A stretch of 64,000 nt of DNA from Candidatus Woesearchaeota archaeon UBA489 (GCA_002505585.1 DAVM01000021.1:11660-75659), one strand, 5' to 3'; shown: positions 28,541-38,733, numbered from the stretch's first letter. Notes: a model not told the origin generated them from the sequence alone. Numbers and translations are program-made.

Positions 28541-29020
28541 ATGGGATATTATAGTGGAATAGCAGAAGGCTATGATCAACTACACGAAGAAGAACAATTA
28601 AAGAAAATAAAAATATTAGAAAAAGAAGCAGACATTAAAGGATTAATTCTAGATGTAGGAGCAGGAACCTGCATAGTAGCAAAATATTTTCATAAGAAAG
28701 GGAAGCAAGTCATATCCTTAGATCCAAGCCAAAAATTATTAGACCAAGGAGAAGGAGCAGCAATACTAGGAAAAGCAGAAAAATTACCCTTCAAAGACGA
28801 AACATTTGACACAGTATTATCAGTAACAGCACTCCATCATTGTAACATAGAAAAAGCATTGAAAGAAATTAAAAGAGTAGCTAAACAAAAAGCAACCATA
28901 GCAATAAGTTTTTTAAAAAAATCATCAAAGTTAAAAGAATTTGAAAAAATGTTTAAGAAAGTATTTGGTGAAGGGAAAAGAATAGATGAAGGAAAAGATA
29001 TAATTCATGTTAAGAATTAA
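28541..29020 (+). CDS. Class I SAM-dependent methyltransferase (type-11-like).
   Basis: Motif I ILDVGAGTCIV. Motif post-I ISLDPS. LPFKDETFDTVLS. Confidence 0.7.
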   Translation: MGYYSGIAEGYDQLHEEEQLKKIKILEKEADIKGLILDVGAGTCIVAKYFHKKGKQVISLDPSQKLLDQGEGAAILGKAEKLPFKDETFDTVLSVTALHHCNIEKALKEIKRVAKQKATIAISFLKKSSKLKEFEKMFKKVFGEGKRIDEGKDIIHVKN

Positions 29021-29409
29021 AGATAGTCCCAATTTACCATTGAATAACCACGACCTTCTTCAAAAAATCGTTTAACTCCTTTTTGACCTTCAATGACTGA
29101 TCTTACATTTGCTTCTTCACCTGAAACAACAAAACCAACTATATGTGATCTTGTTCTTTCCCCAGGAGTTCTATTAACTGGAGTTGAGTTTTGTTGATGC
29201 TCTACTGTTAAAGTATTATCTGCATTAGCATAGTGTCTTAAAGATGCGAAACCCATGTTTCTTATTCCTTCAGCCATTACTAAACCATGTTGTCTTAACA
29301 AACTGGTTAAACTTTGTTCATCAAGGTCTAAATCTGCCATACCTTTATCTTCTATAAAATCAAGAGGGACAATTTTAGATGCTGCGTAAATACCTGTTAT
29401 TCTTGCCAT
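29017..29409 (-). CDS. Hypothetical protein with non-host codon usage.
   Basis: 130-aa ORF whose coding strand is T-rich, unlike host genes. No motif recognised. Confidence 0.45.
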   Translation of the reverse strand: MARITGIYAASKIVPLDFIEDKGMADLDLDEQSLTSLLRQHGLVMAEGIRNMGFASLRHYANADNTLTVEHQQNSTPVNRTPGERTRSHIVGFVVSGEEANVRSVIEGQKGVKRFFEEGRGYSMVNWDYL

Positions 29410-29487
29410 TTTCTTTAATATTGTAACTATTATAGAGTAATAGTATTTAAAAGTATCTATTCTTTAAAAAAAAGACTAAAAACCCCT

Positions 29488-29679
29488 TTAACGCTCTAAA
29501 GGAACAATAATCCAAGCAATAATATAAGCCAAAAGACCAGCACCACTAAATAATAGAAGAATACAAATTAAACGAATTAACACAGGATCAACACTAAAAT
29601 AAGCAGCAATACCACCACAAACACCACCTAAAATCTTATCAGAACGAGAGCGAAACAAACGCTTAACATTACTCCTCAT
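29488..29679 (-). CDS. PspC-domain small membrane protein.
   Basis: LGGVCGGIAAYFSVDPVLIRL matches the PspC consensus, followed by a TM helix. Start ATG overlaps the upstream gene's stop (ATGA). Confidence 0.7.
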   Translation of the reverse strand: MRSNVKRLFRSRSDKILGGVCGGIAAYFSVDPVLIRLICILLLFSGAGLLAYIIAWIIVPLER

Positions 29680-29944
29680 ACTTCATCCTCCAACAACTTA
29701 TCCAATTCACCTTTCTCATCCAACTCAGCCAAATCATCATACCCACCAACAAACTTCTTATTAATAAAAACATAGGAGCAGTAGACCAATTATCAGTCTT
29801 TTCAGACACCTTTGCCAACTCATCAGGAGACAAATTATAATAATCTACAGTTTTGTACTTAACACCCTTCTTAACAAACAAATCCTCAGCAGCAGCACAA
29901 AAAGGACAACCAACTTTAATATACATTAGAATATCAAGTTTCAT
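29676..29944 (-). pseudogene. Glutaredoxin-like (CPFC) gene with a -1 frameshift in an A5/T5 homopolymer; possibly a sequencing artefact or a slippage site.
   Basis: N-terminal part YIKVGCPFCAAAEDLFVKKGVKYKTVDY is in one frame. The canonical C-terminus INKKFVGGYDDLAELDEKGELDKLLEDEV is in the -1 frame. The junction is the A-run at plus 29766-29770 (T TTT TTA on the coding strand). Confidence 0.6.
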
Positions 29945-29950
29945 AATAAA

Positions 29951-31882
29951 TCACCAATCAAACATGTTAAATAAACCTTTCTTTTTTTCAGGAACATCTT
30001 TTTCTTCCTCGCCCTTAAAAGGATCAACCTTCTCAGACTCATTAGGCTCAGGGTCTTTCCAAACAGGCTCACGAGAATCATTAAATTTCTCAACCTCTCT
30101 AGGCATAGTATAGCTACTCTTAACTTTTTTCTTAGGAAGCTCCATAATAAACTCATCATCACGCTTCTTAAAATTAAAATGTAAAGGAGTCTTTAATTTA
30201 TCAACACGTTCAGAAATATCTTGACGAAACTTTTGCACATGATCACTATCAGAGCGATGACGCTTATGTTGCTTTTGATGAGTTCGATGCCTTCTCCTAC
30301 GAGAAGAACCTTTTCTCTTAAACAAAAACCAGAGAACAACTATAACAATAATACCAACAAAAATACCATTCCAAGGAATCACAAAAGAAGACTTAGACTT
30401 AACAATAGAAACACCCTCAAAAGATCTCCCACCAACACTAACAGTATAAACACCAGGATTTGTACCACGAGCTAAATCAACAGAAACACTTTTACCAGGG
30501 CGTAACTTAACTTCCTTAACCATTTCACGATTATTCAATTCATTAGAAGAAGCAAAAGTAATAACAAAAGACTCTTCTAAAACAACATTACCCTTATTAG
30601 CAATAGTTAACACTTCACCATCAACAACAAAAGAAGTACTCCCACGCTCTAAAACCGAAAGAACCTTTTCATTAGTAACATCCAAACCTTGCACAACAAG
30701 CTTCCAAGAACCAGGAATAGCATCTTCAGGAAGAGTCAAAGCAGTCTGTTCATTACTCTTAACAACCTCCTCAAAAACAATTACTTTATCAGCATCAAAC
30801 AAAACAACCTCTAAATCAGCAACAAGAAGATCACCAGCTTGATCAACTAAAGAAGGATGAATAGTTAATTGAGAAGTAGGCTCAAGAGCATCACTATTAG
30901 TAACAACTTTTATTTCAGTAGGAACAGGAATAATAGAAACTTCTAAAACAACCTCTTTTCTATTACCAAAAGAATCCTCAGCAAGGATATTTATATTATG
31001 AGCACCGCTCTTAATAGTTTTAGCAATAGGAACAGTAAACTTAAAATTTCCACGACTAATCTTAGCTTCAAACTCTTCTTCATTAAACAACAAAGAAACA
31101 ACACCTTCTTTCACTTTAACATCACCAGCTAAAGCAGTACCAGAAATCTTCATAGACTCTTCAGGAAGGAACTCAGTTTTAGAAATTTCAGCAGTCAAAG
31201 TAATAGCACCCAAAATAGTAAAATCTTCAACAACAAAAACTTGTTTATTATTATAAGCATCAGCAACTTCAATCTCAACCTTATAAGTGCCAGCAGGATT
31301 ATCCTTAGTGTCATAAGAGTAAGAAAACTTTCCTTTAGTTACAGGAACAACTTGCTGTAAAAAAACAATATCATCTTTTTTGAAAATAATCTTAGCAGAA
31401 CCACTCACTTTAGAACTATCAGGACGAGAAATAACACCAGCAATAGTAATCTCTTCACCCAATTGAACAGAAGTTTTATCCAAAGAAATTTCTCCAAGCA
31501 ACTCACGAGTTAAAGCAAAAGGAGAAGACTGAGCAGACTCAACTTTAGCACTATTCACTTCTAAAAAAGCTTCAACAACACAAGAACCTTCCAAAAATTC
31601 ATTCATAGCAATAGACTCAGAAAACTCTTTTTGAACAGAAGCTTTTAAACTAATAGATTTAATTAAAACAGTTTCTCTCTCATTACACACTAACTCAAAT
31701 TTGAATAATCCAAACATATCAGAAGACTGCAAAACATAACCAGACAATTGAATATCTTCACCTAAACTTACCTTAGTCTTCCCAGGACCATTTACATTAA
31801 TTTCTGCAGAGATAGAAGGAATAAATACTAAAAAAAGTAAGCTCCACAACAAAAACACCTTCTTTTTCATGGTAGAATTCAA
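29951..31882 (-). CDS. Large secreted surface protein with a signal peptide, beta-rich repeats, a C-terminal TM anchor and a long basic cytoplasmic tail.
   Basis: Signal peptide MKKKVFLLWSLLFLVFIPSISA. TM IFVGIIVIVVLWFLF followed by RRRRHRTHQKQHKRHR and a ~120-aa charged tail. Confidence 0.6.
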   Translation of the reverse strand: MNSTMKKKVFLLWSLLFLVFIPSISAEINVNGPGKTKVSLGEDIQLSGYVLQSSDMFGLFKFELVCNERETVLIKSISLKASVQKEFSESIAMNEFLEGSCVVEAFLEVNSAKVESAQSSPFALTRELLGEISLDKTSVQLGEEITIAGVISRPDSSKVSGSAKIIFKKDDIVFLQQVVPVTKGKFSYSYDTKDNPAGTYKVEIEVADAYNNKQVFVVEDFTILGAITLTAEISKTEFLPEESMKISGTALAGDVKVKEGVVSLLFNEEEFEAKISRGNFKFTVPIAKTIKSGAHNINILAEDSFGNRKEVVLEVSIIPVPTEIKVVTNSDALEPTSQLTIHPSLVDQAGDLLVADLEVVLFDADKVIVFEEVVKSNEQTALTLPEDAIPGSWKLVVQGLDVTNEKVLSVLERGSTSFVVDGEVLTIANKGNVVLEESFVITFASSNELNNREMVKEVKLRPGKSVSVDLARGTNPGVYTVSVGGRSFEGVSIVKSKSSFVIPWNGIFVGIIVIVVLWFLFKRKGSSRRRRHRTHQKQHKRHRSDSDHVQKFRQDISERVDKLKTPLHFNFKKRDDEFIMELPKKKVKSSYTMPREVEKFNDSREPVWKDPEPNESEKVDPFKGEEEKDVPEKKKGLFNMFDW

Positions 31883-31912
31883 ATAACAGAGATTTATATC
31901 CTTTTCGTTACA

Positions 31913-32830
31913 TTATGCTTGTAATAATTTAGCATTTACAATGCTTAAAGACTGATTAGCCATCTTAGAAACCAACATTCCAACAGCTTGATCACTAGAT
32001 TTTGGCAAAGAAAAAAGCTTTTTACGAAGAAATCTGCGTTGTTCCTCAAACTCCATTAATACTTCCTTAGAAGGAGAATAATAAAACTTTTCAACCAAAG
32101 CAAAGACAGTTTTTAAAGCAAGTAAAACTTCAACTATTTCCTTAGTAGCTTTTTGTTTTGTTAAGTTAGCAGCAATATATTTCAAAGCATCACCCATTTC
32201 CTCTAGTTGGATAATGACAGTATACAGAGTTTGGTGTAAATTAGTTGTTTTAGAAATAATACGAATACAATAATCAGCAAATTTATTGATGTTAGTATCA
32301 CTATGCTCAAAAATATGTTGTAATGCTTTTTGGTCATTCTTGTTACTAGCACTTAAAATATCATCAAACATATTAGTAATAGAAAAGAAAATTCTGCGTT
32401 GCATAATGTTAAATTCACTTTCTTTTAAAGAAGAAATTTCACGAACAAAATACTGAGTGTTAGTATTTCGAACAATTTCCATACCAATAAAAGAATCAAC
32501 AACAGATTTTAAGAAATCAAACATGTTTAAAGTTTTTCCTTGAGTAGCATCTTCAATAACATCTTTAGAAAAATGAATACTTATTTCTTCAGCACCAGAA
32601 CGATAAGCAGCAGTTAAATAATACCAAGCTAAAGAAGTATTGAAATTATCTAAGTGCACAGCAGTTTTTTCAATAACTCTGACAACAGATTTATTAGAAA
32701 TAACTAAACTCTGCTCTTTCTCTACAACTTCCAACTCATCACCTTTCTTGATTTGGTGTTCCTTCACCCATCTGCTTGGCAGAGAAACCATCAAAGTACT
32801 AGGTCCAATCAAAGCAACCTTGCGCCCCAT
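31913..32830 (-). CDS. AbrB/SpoVT-type N-terminal domain fused to a PhoU-like domain; an archaeal PhoU-family regulator.
   Basis: Swapped-hairpin motif VSLPSRWVKEHQIKKGDELEV. C-terminal helical PhoU-like repeats. Confidence 0.7.
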   Translation of the reverse strand: MGRKVALIGPSTLMVSLPSRWVKEHQIKKGDELEVVEKEQSLVISNKSVVRVIEKTAVHLDNFNTSLAWYYLTAAYRSGAEEISIHFSKDVIEDATQGKTLNMFDFLKSVVDSFIGMEIVRNTNTQYFVREISSLKESEFNIMQRRIFFSITNMFDDILSASNKNDQKALQHIFEHSDTNINKFADYCIRIISKTTNLHQTLYTVIIQLEEMGDALKYIAANLTKQKATKEIVEVLLALKTVFALVEKFYYSPSKEVLMEFEEQRRFLRKKLFSLPKSSDQAVGMLVSKMANQSLSIVNAKLLQA

Positions 32831-32996
32831 ACAAAATAGAAAAGTTAAGGAAGTATATAAACTTTTGTCAACATTATAATGTTATAATAGATCATTATAA
32901 TATAAGGACAAAATATAAACAATTCTCCGAGAATACAACAATATCTTCGGAAAAAATAAAATAAAAACAAAAAAACCGAAGAAAAGAGGTAAAAAA

Positions 32997-33473
32997 ATGC
33001 ATAAACATACAAAAAAAGAATTATTAATCTTAACCTACCTACGACAAAACTCAAGACTAAAACTAACAAAACTCTCAAAACTAACAGGAATACCCATAAG
33101 CACCATATTCGACAGAATTAAAACAGGAAGCAGACTCATACAAAAACACACAACACTCATCAACTTCCAAGAACTAGGATACACAACAAGAGCAACCATA
33201 ACCATAAAAACAAAAAAAGAACAAAGACAAGACCTACAAAAACACTTAATAAACCACTCACAAATTAACTCAACATATAGAATAAATAATGGCTATGACT
33301 TTCTAATAGAAGGAATTTTTAGACATATCAAAGAACTAGAAGATTTCTTAGAAACACTAGAAGAGAAGTTTGTAATAAAAGCAAAACAAGTCTATTACAT
33401 CATAGAAGACTTGAAAAGAGAAGCGTTTATGAGTAGACCAGAAAATGTGCAGATGATTATGGAAGAAGACTAA
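32997..33473 (+). CDS. Lrp/AsnC-family transcription regulator.
   Basis: HTH KLSKLTGIPISTIFDRIK plus a C-terminal RAM-like domain (YDFLIEGIFRHIKELEDFL). Confidence 0.8.
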   Translation: MHKHTKKELLILTYLRQNSRLKLTKLSKLTGIPISTIFDRIKTGSRLIQKHTTLINFQELGYTTRATITIKTKKEQRQDLQKHLINHSQINSTYRINNGYDFLIEGIFRHIKELEDFLETLEEKFVIKAKQVYYIIEDLKREAFMSRPENVQMIMEED

Positions 33474-33814
33474 GCTTCTGTTCTAAACAACTCACCTTCT
33501 GTAATAGAACCAGGCTTAGCTTTAGGATTTTCTTTAGCATAATCAGCAATTAATTCACGCTCTGCATCTAAAGTTAACAAATGTACAATTGTAGTTAAAC
33601 CAGAAAAAGCTAATTCAGTATGACCATCCCCTCTTCGATTAACAGCAGCAAGATTAAACAAATTCTGTTCTTCAGATTCTCTAGGAATACGAGTATCATA
33701 CACAAAAAAATATCTAGCAAAATCCTTTTCAGAAGGAGCATACCTCATTCTTCTCATGGAATGATTAACATGAACTCCAAATAACTCTGAAGATGGACTA
33801 AATTGAAATTGCAT
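33470..33814 (-). CDS. Hypothetical protein with atypical codon usage.
   Basis: 114-aa ORF with no motif. Convergent with lrp. Confidence 0.4.
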   Translation of the reverse strand: MQFQFSPSSELFGVHVNHSMRRMRYAPSEKDFARYFFVYDTRIPRESEEQNLFNLAAVNRRGDGHTELAFSGLTTIVHLLTLDAERELIADYAKENPKAKPGSITEGELFRTEA

Positions 33815-33876
33815 AAAAAAACCAACAATAATTAGCTTATAAACCTTTTTAAACTACAACAACCCCAAATTCTTTT

Positions 33877-34665
33877 ATGACCTTCCTCGAACCCATTATC
33901 TTAGGTATTATTCAAGGCATTACAGAATGGTTGCCAATTAGTAGCGAAGGAATAACATCATTAATTATGCTAAAATTTTTTAACAAAACACTAAGTGAAG
34001 CAGTAATCTACTCCATTTGGTTACACTTAGGAACAGTACTAGCAGCAATCATTTATTTTAGAAAAGATTTAAAACAAATATTAAAAACACTCCCAAGTTA
34101 TATTAAAAATCCAAAGAAGAAAGAGTATAAATTAACAAACTTTTTAGTCCTAACAACAATCATAACAGGAATCATAGGAACACCATTACTTCTTTATTCC
34201 TTAGATAAACTCCCATTTACTAGAGGAATAGCAATAGCACTCATAGGACTTTTTTTAGTGTTAACAGGAATCTTACAACTTTTTGCAAAAAAAGAATCAC
34301 AACTACAAAAAGAACCAACAACAGTAATTGCAATCATAACAGGAATAGTACAAGCATTTGCAGCACTACCAGGATTAAGTAGATCAGGATTAACAACAGC
34401 AACACTCTTATTTGCAAAGTACGATGCAAAACAAGCACTAAAACTAAGTTTTTTAATGAGCATACCAATCATCTTAGTAGCACAAATAGGACTAGGACTC
34501 CTAGGAGAAATAACTTTTGACTTTGCTTCCTTAATAGCAATACTTTTTTCTTTTACCTTTGGATTAGGAACACTAAAACTTTTCTTAAGAATAGCAGAAA
34601 AAATAAACTTCGGATGGTTCTGTATAGGACTAGGAATACTCAGTATGTTACAATTATTCTTCTAA
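33877..34665 (+). CDS. uppP: Undecaprenyl-diphosphate phosphatase (UppP/BacA).
   Basis: N-terminal IQGITEWLPISSEG motif. Central SRSG block (PGLSRSGLTTAT). Eight TM helices. Confidence 0.85.
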   Translation: MTFLEPIILGIIQGITEWLPISSEGITSLIMLKFFNKTLSEAVIYSIWLHLGTVLAAIIYFRKDLKQILKTLPSYIKNPKKKEYKLTNFLVLTTIITGIIGTPLLLYSLDKLPFTRGIAIALIGLFLVLTGILQLFAKKESQLQKEPTTVIAIITGIVQAFAALPGLSRSGLTTATLLFAKYDAKQALKLSFLMSIPIILVAQIGLGLLGEITFDFASLIAILFSFTFGLGTLKLFLRIAEKINFGWFCIGLGILSMLQLFF

Positions 34666-34702
34666 CCAAACATTTTTATAGCTCTAAAAATACTAAATAA
34701 CC

Positions 34703-34915
34703 ATGTTAAAGAAAGTATCCAAGATGCAAGGAGCACAACAAATACTTTTTGCCATAATTATAGGAGTTGCAGTAATCTCATTCTGGAGAGGAATATGGGG
34801 ATTAATGGACGAATACCTATTTCCAAACAATTTAGAAATAAGTTATACAATTTCAGTACTCATAGGCATACTCATACTTTATATAACTCATTACATAGTT
34901 AGAGAACTTACTTGA
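34703..34915 (+). CDS. Small two-TM membrane protein.
   Basis: 70-aa ORF with two hydrophobic helices. Confidence 0.35.
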   Translation: MLKKVSKMQGAQQILFAIIIGVAVISFWRGIWGLMDEYLFPNNLEISYTISVLIGILILYITHYIVRELT

Positions 34916-34974
34916 TTATACTTCTTTTCTAACCACTAAATATTTATAAATCAAAAAAATACTCAAAATTAGTT

Positions 34975-35397
34975 ATGGGAATACCAACAGTTGACGTTAA
35001 TTTAGTTGCAGTCGTAGTAACAGCAATAATAGTAATGGTTATAGGAGCATTATGGTACTCACCACTCTTTTTTGGAAAAACATGGGCGAAACATAGTGGT
35101 ATGACAAAAAAAGACATAGCAAAAACAAAGAAAAAAAGCATGAATAAACAATACTTTTTAGGCTTTGTAACAACACTAATCATGACCTATGTACTAGCAT
35201 ACTTTTTAGCAATACTCAACATAACAACAGCAAGAGAAGGAATGCAAATAGCATTCTGGATATGGATAGGATTCTTTGCAACAACACAATTTGGCACAGT
35301 ACTTTGGGAAGGAAAATCAGCACAGTTGTATTACTTGAATGCAACACACTATTTAGTAAGCTTATTAATAATGGGATTACTATTAACAGTTTGGTGA
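34975..35397 (+). CDS. DUF1761-like membrane protein.
   Basis: WYSPLFFGKTW motif and four TM helices. Confidence 0.5.
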   Translation: MGIPTVDVNLVAVVVTAIIVMVIGALWYSPLFFGKTWAKHSGMTKKDIAKTKKKSMNKQYFLGFVTTLIMTYVLAYFLAILNITTAREGMQIAFWIWIGFFATTQFGTVLWEGKSAQLYYLNATHYLVSLLIMGLLLTVW

Positions 35398-35438
35398 AAG
35401 ATACCTTTTTAAATAAAGAATAAACTTTTTTCTTACAG

Positions 35439-35891
35439 ATGGCACAAATACAAATAACTTTTCCAGACCTTGTAGCAAAAATAATGCATGGACTAAAACA
35501 AGACATAGGAAAAAGAGAAGAAGGACTAGTACACATATTTGGACCAGAAAGTTACACAACAATAGACACAAGAAGAGAACCAGTAAAAAGCGTTGATTTT
35601 AAGACAAGAAAACCAACAATAAGTTGTCTTAGTCTCTGGCAAGGACTTCCTTATGGAACAAATCCAATTGCAACAATTGATGCATTATTATTAAATAAAA
35701 CAACCACAGGATTTACTTTAATGGATCAAAGAATAGCAGCCTACATAGAAAGAACAGGACTCTTAAATCTAGATGCCCAAAATAGACCACTCACTTATCA
35801 TAGAGGAAAAAGAGAATATACCATCTTCACAGGAGCACCACTAAGCACTGAAGGAATCCTAATGGCAAGAGAAATGCCACAAGCTTTATAA
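35439..35891 (+). CDS. Hypothetical protein immediately upstream of rtcB.
   Basis: 150-aa ORF with no recognised motif. The rtcB TATA box lies inside its 3' end. Confidence 0.45.
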   Translation: MAQIQITFPDLVAKIMHGLKQDIGKREEGLVHIFGPESYTTIDTRREPVKSVDFKTRKPTISCLSLWQGLPYGTNPIATIDALLLNKTTTGFTLMDQRIAAYIERTGLLNLDAQNRPLTYHRGKREYTIFTGAPLSTEGILMAREMPQAL

Positions 35892-35893
35892 GA
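35884..35893 (+). promoter_or_regulatory. TATA box for rtcB.
   Basis: ctttataaga is centred ~27 nt upstream of the ATG at 35916. Confidence 0.4.
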
Positions 35894-35915
35894 ATACTTT
35901 AATCTCAAAAAAGAG

Positions 35916-37442
35916 ATGTCAACCATTCCAAAAGAATTACAAAAAGTAACAGATACAGTATGGGAACTACCAACTTCTTATAAACAAGGAATGAACGTTC
36001 CTGCAAGAATTATAGCAACAAAAAAACTCTTAGATGGAATGGATGCAGGAGTCTTTGATCAAGTAACCAACGTAGCATGTATGCCAGGAATATTGAAGTA
36101 TTCTTATTGTATGCCAGATGCACATTATGGTTATGGAATGCCAGTAGGAGGAGTAGCAGCATTCGACGCAGAAACAGGAATTATTTCACCAGGAGCAGTA
36201 GGCTTTGACATCAATTGTGGTATGAGATTATGTACAACAAACTTAACTTATAAAGAAGTACAACCAAAGTTGAAAGAATTAATCAATACTTTTTTCAAAA
36301 CAGTACCAGCAGGAGTAGGATGTAAAGGATTCTTGAAAGTAAATAATCAACAATTTGATGACATTATAGAAACAGGAGTAAAATGGTGTGTAGACAATGG
36401 ATATGCATGGGAAGATGACTTAAAAAAATGCGAAGGAAAAGGGAAAATAGACTGGGCAGAAGCAGGAAGCATAAGTGACAAAGCAAGGAAAAGAGGAATA
36501 AACCAACTAGGAACCTTAGGATCAGGAAATCATTATTTAGAAGTACAAGTAGCAAAAAAAGAAAATATCTTTGATGCAAAACTAGCAAAACAATTAGGTA
36601 TAGTACTAGATGATCAAGTAGTAGTCATGCTCCACTGTGGAAGCAGAGGATTTGGTCATCAAGTAGCAACAGACTACCTAAAAACCTTCAATGAAGTCAT
36701 GCCCAAATACAACATACAAATAAAAGACAAAGAACTAGCATGCGCACCATTCCAATCAAAAGAAGGACAACATTATTACAAAGCAATGGCATGCGCAGCA
36801 AACATGGCATTCGCAAATAGACAAGTGATATTGCATAGAATAAGAGAAGGATTTAGTAAAGTCTTCGGACAAAGCGCAGAAGACTTAGGAATAAACTTAG
36901 TATATGACGTAGCACATAATGTAGCAAAAGTAGAAGAACACAAAATAGATGGACACAAAAAGAAAGTAGTAGTACACAGAAAAGGAAGCACTAGAGCATT
37001 CCCACCAGGACACCCAGAGTTGATTCCGAAGTATCAAGAAACAGGACAACCAATAATAGTAGGAGGAAGCATGGAAACTGGCAGTGCACTATTAGTAGGG
37101 ACACAAAAAGCAATGGACGAAACCTTTGGAAGCACTTGTCACGGCAGTGGCAGAGTCATGTCCAGAACAAGAGCAAAAAAAGAATTTAGAGGAGAACAAC
37201 TACAAAAAAATATGGAGAAAAAAGGCATTTATGTGAAAGCAGTATCCATGCAAGGACTAGCAGAAGAAGCAGGAGGAGCCTATAAAGAAATAGGAGATGT
37301 ACTAGACGCAGTAGAAAAAGCAGGTATATCAAAACCAGTGACACTACTTCGTCCGATAGGAAATGTGAAAGGTACTGCTAGTATAATGCTAAACTTTCTT
37401 TTAGCAACACTGATTCTTTTATTCTCATTTTTAGTGTTTTAA
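35916..37442 (+). CDS. rtcB: RtcB RNA-splicing ligase (tRNA ligase) with an unusual 22-aa hydrophobic C-terminal extension.
   Basis: Motifs GSGNHYLEVQ, STCHGSGR and FDINCGMR. Ends ...RPIGNVKG followed by TASIMLNFLLATLILLFSFLVF. Confidence 0.9.
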   Translation: MSTIPKELQKVTDTVWELPTSYKQGMNVPARIIATKKLLDGMDAGVFDQVTNVACMPGILKYSYCMPDAHYGYGMPVGGVAAFDAETGIISPGAVGFDINCGMRLCTTNLTYKEVQPKLKELINTFFKTVPAGVGCKGFLKVNNQQFDDIIETGVKWCVDNGYAWEDDLKKCEGKGKIDWAEAGSISDKARKRGINQLGTLGSGNHYLEVQVAKKENIFDAKLAKQLGIVLDDQVVVMLHCGSRGFGHQVATDYLKTFNEVMPKYNIQIKDKELACAPFQSKEGQHYYKAMACAANMAFANRQVILHRIREGFSKVFGQSAEDLGINLVYDVAHNVAKVEEHKIDGHKKKVVVHRKGSTRAFPPGHPELIPKYQETGQPIIVGGSMETGSALLVGTQKAMDETFGSTCHGSGRVMSRTRAKKEFRGEQLQKNMEKKGIYVKAVSMQGLAEEAGGAYKEIGDVLDAVEKAGISKPVTLLRPIGNVKGTASIMLNFLLATLILLFSFLVF

Positions 37443-37465
37443 CTTCTCTTAAAAAATTTAAAGAA

Positions 37466-38113
37466 TTATTTTTTATCAATCTGTTTCTTCACTAACTTAA
37501 AGAGTAGATTTAACTTCTCTTTAGGTATATCGAGTTTCATTTTATATTTTAAATGTTCTAAGAAACAACCTAGTTCAAAAAAAGCAGATTCCTTGCCTAA
37601 TTTAAATTGATTTCTAGCTTCTTCAATAATTAAGTCCCAATCTACTCCTTTTAATTCCATTATCCTTCTCACATCATCTTTATCTTTCTGCCTATCAGTA
37701 GCACATTTCATTAAAATGATATCATTATGGTTAGCAACTTTTACAATTAATTTATCTTCAAAGTCTAAAGTTATTTCTGTTCTTCTCTTCATTTCTTTTG
37801 AGAAAATAAAATGTATTACTTCATCAAGGAATAAATCAAATCTTTCATCTTTTAACTTTAACATCTCTGGTTGATTTCTTTTAGTTCCATATACTTGCAC
37901 TGAGTCTATTTTACGATACCCTATATCTTCTGCAGCTTCTTTGAAAATAGCTCTCTCTTCTTTATTTCCAAAAACTAAGTCAATATCTAGAGTAGCATCT
38001 TTAACTCCAAGAAACATCATAGCAGTTCCTCCAATTGCATACACTGTAATTCTTTTTTTTAATCTTCTAGCAATGTTAGCTAATAATAGTTCTTGGTCCT
38101 TTACTGAAATCAT
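37466..38113 (-). CDS. Nucleotidyltransferase-fold protein (AbiEii / DUF1814-like toxin candidate).
   Basis: AIGGTAMMFLGVKDATLDIDLV (GG...DxD). 4-nt ATGA overlap with the upstream wHTH gene. Non-host codon usage. Confidence 0.6.
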   Translation of the reverse strand: MISVKDQELLLANIARRLKKRITVYAIGGTAMMFLGVKDATLDIDLVFGNKEERAIFKEAAEDIGYRKIDSVQVYGTKRNQPEMLKLKDERFDLFLDEVIHFIFSKEMKRRTEITLDFEDKLIVKVANHNDIILMKCATDRQKDKDDVRRIMELKGVDWDLIIEEARNQFKLGKESAFFELGCFLEHLKYKMKLDIPKEKLNLLFKLVKKQIDKK

Positions 38114-38730
38114 TTATAGTCCTCTAAATCTTTATAATTGAAAGGTAGATAAATTCTCCATTTAGTCTCGATAGATTTAAAATCTTTAGATTTCAGTTTA
38201 GGGATAATATAATTAAACTTATACTTTTTTTTAGGCAAAGCTTTGTTTATAAAATGCTTATCTATTCTTCTAGTCTTCATAATTTTCCTTGCTACTTCAT
38301 ACAAAGCACCAACTTGTCTTTCTACATGATTATCTTTAGCTAATTGGTAGAGTAATTTCCAATTGTCTATTTTCTTAAATAAACTTAGTGCAGCAAAAAT
38401 TGTTCTAAAGCTTTTTGTTTTTATGGCGTAAACAAAAGTTTCCTCTAAAGATGGGTTTTTTCTATAAATATAATAATTTTTTGGTATGACTATTTTAGTT
38501 GGAGCATATGTGTTAATTATTTCTTCATATTTAATGCCACCTAACTTATTATCTAAAGAAATATAATAGACTCTCTTGTTATCATTTAATCGTTTAGTTT
38601 TAACATATCCTTTCTTTCTTAATTTGTAGACTTGAAAAATAGCTTTCTTTTTTGGTAGCTTTAATAGAGACATAATAGAATCTATAGTATGGACTCCTTC
38701 AACCTTTTTTAGTAACTCTATTAGTTTCAT
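38110..38730 (-). CDS. Winged-HTH protein (AbiEi-like antitoxin/regulator candidate).
   Basis: N-terminal wHTH-like segment. Paired with the downstream NTase. Duplicated promoter upstream. Confidence 0.5.
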   Translation of the reverse strand: MKLIELLKKVEGVHTIDSIMSLLKLPKKKAIFQVYKLRKKGYVKTKRLNDNKRVYYISLDNKLGGIKYEEIINTYAPTKIVIPKNYYIYRKNPSLEETFVYAIKTKSFRTIFAALSLFKKIDNWKLLYQLAKDNHVERQVGALYEVARKIMKTRRIDKHFINKALPKKKYKFNYIIPKLKSKDFKSIETKWRIYLPFNYKDLEDYK

Positions 38731-38733
38731 TTT

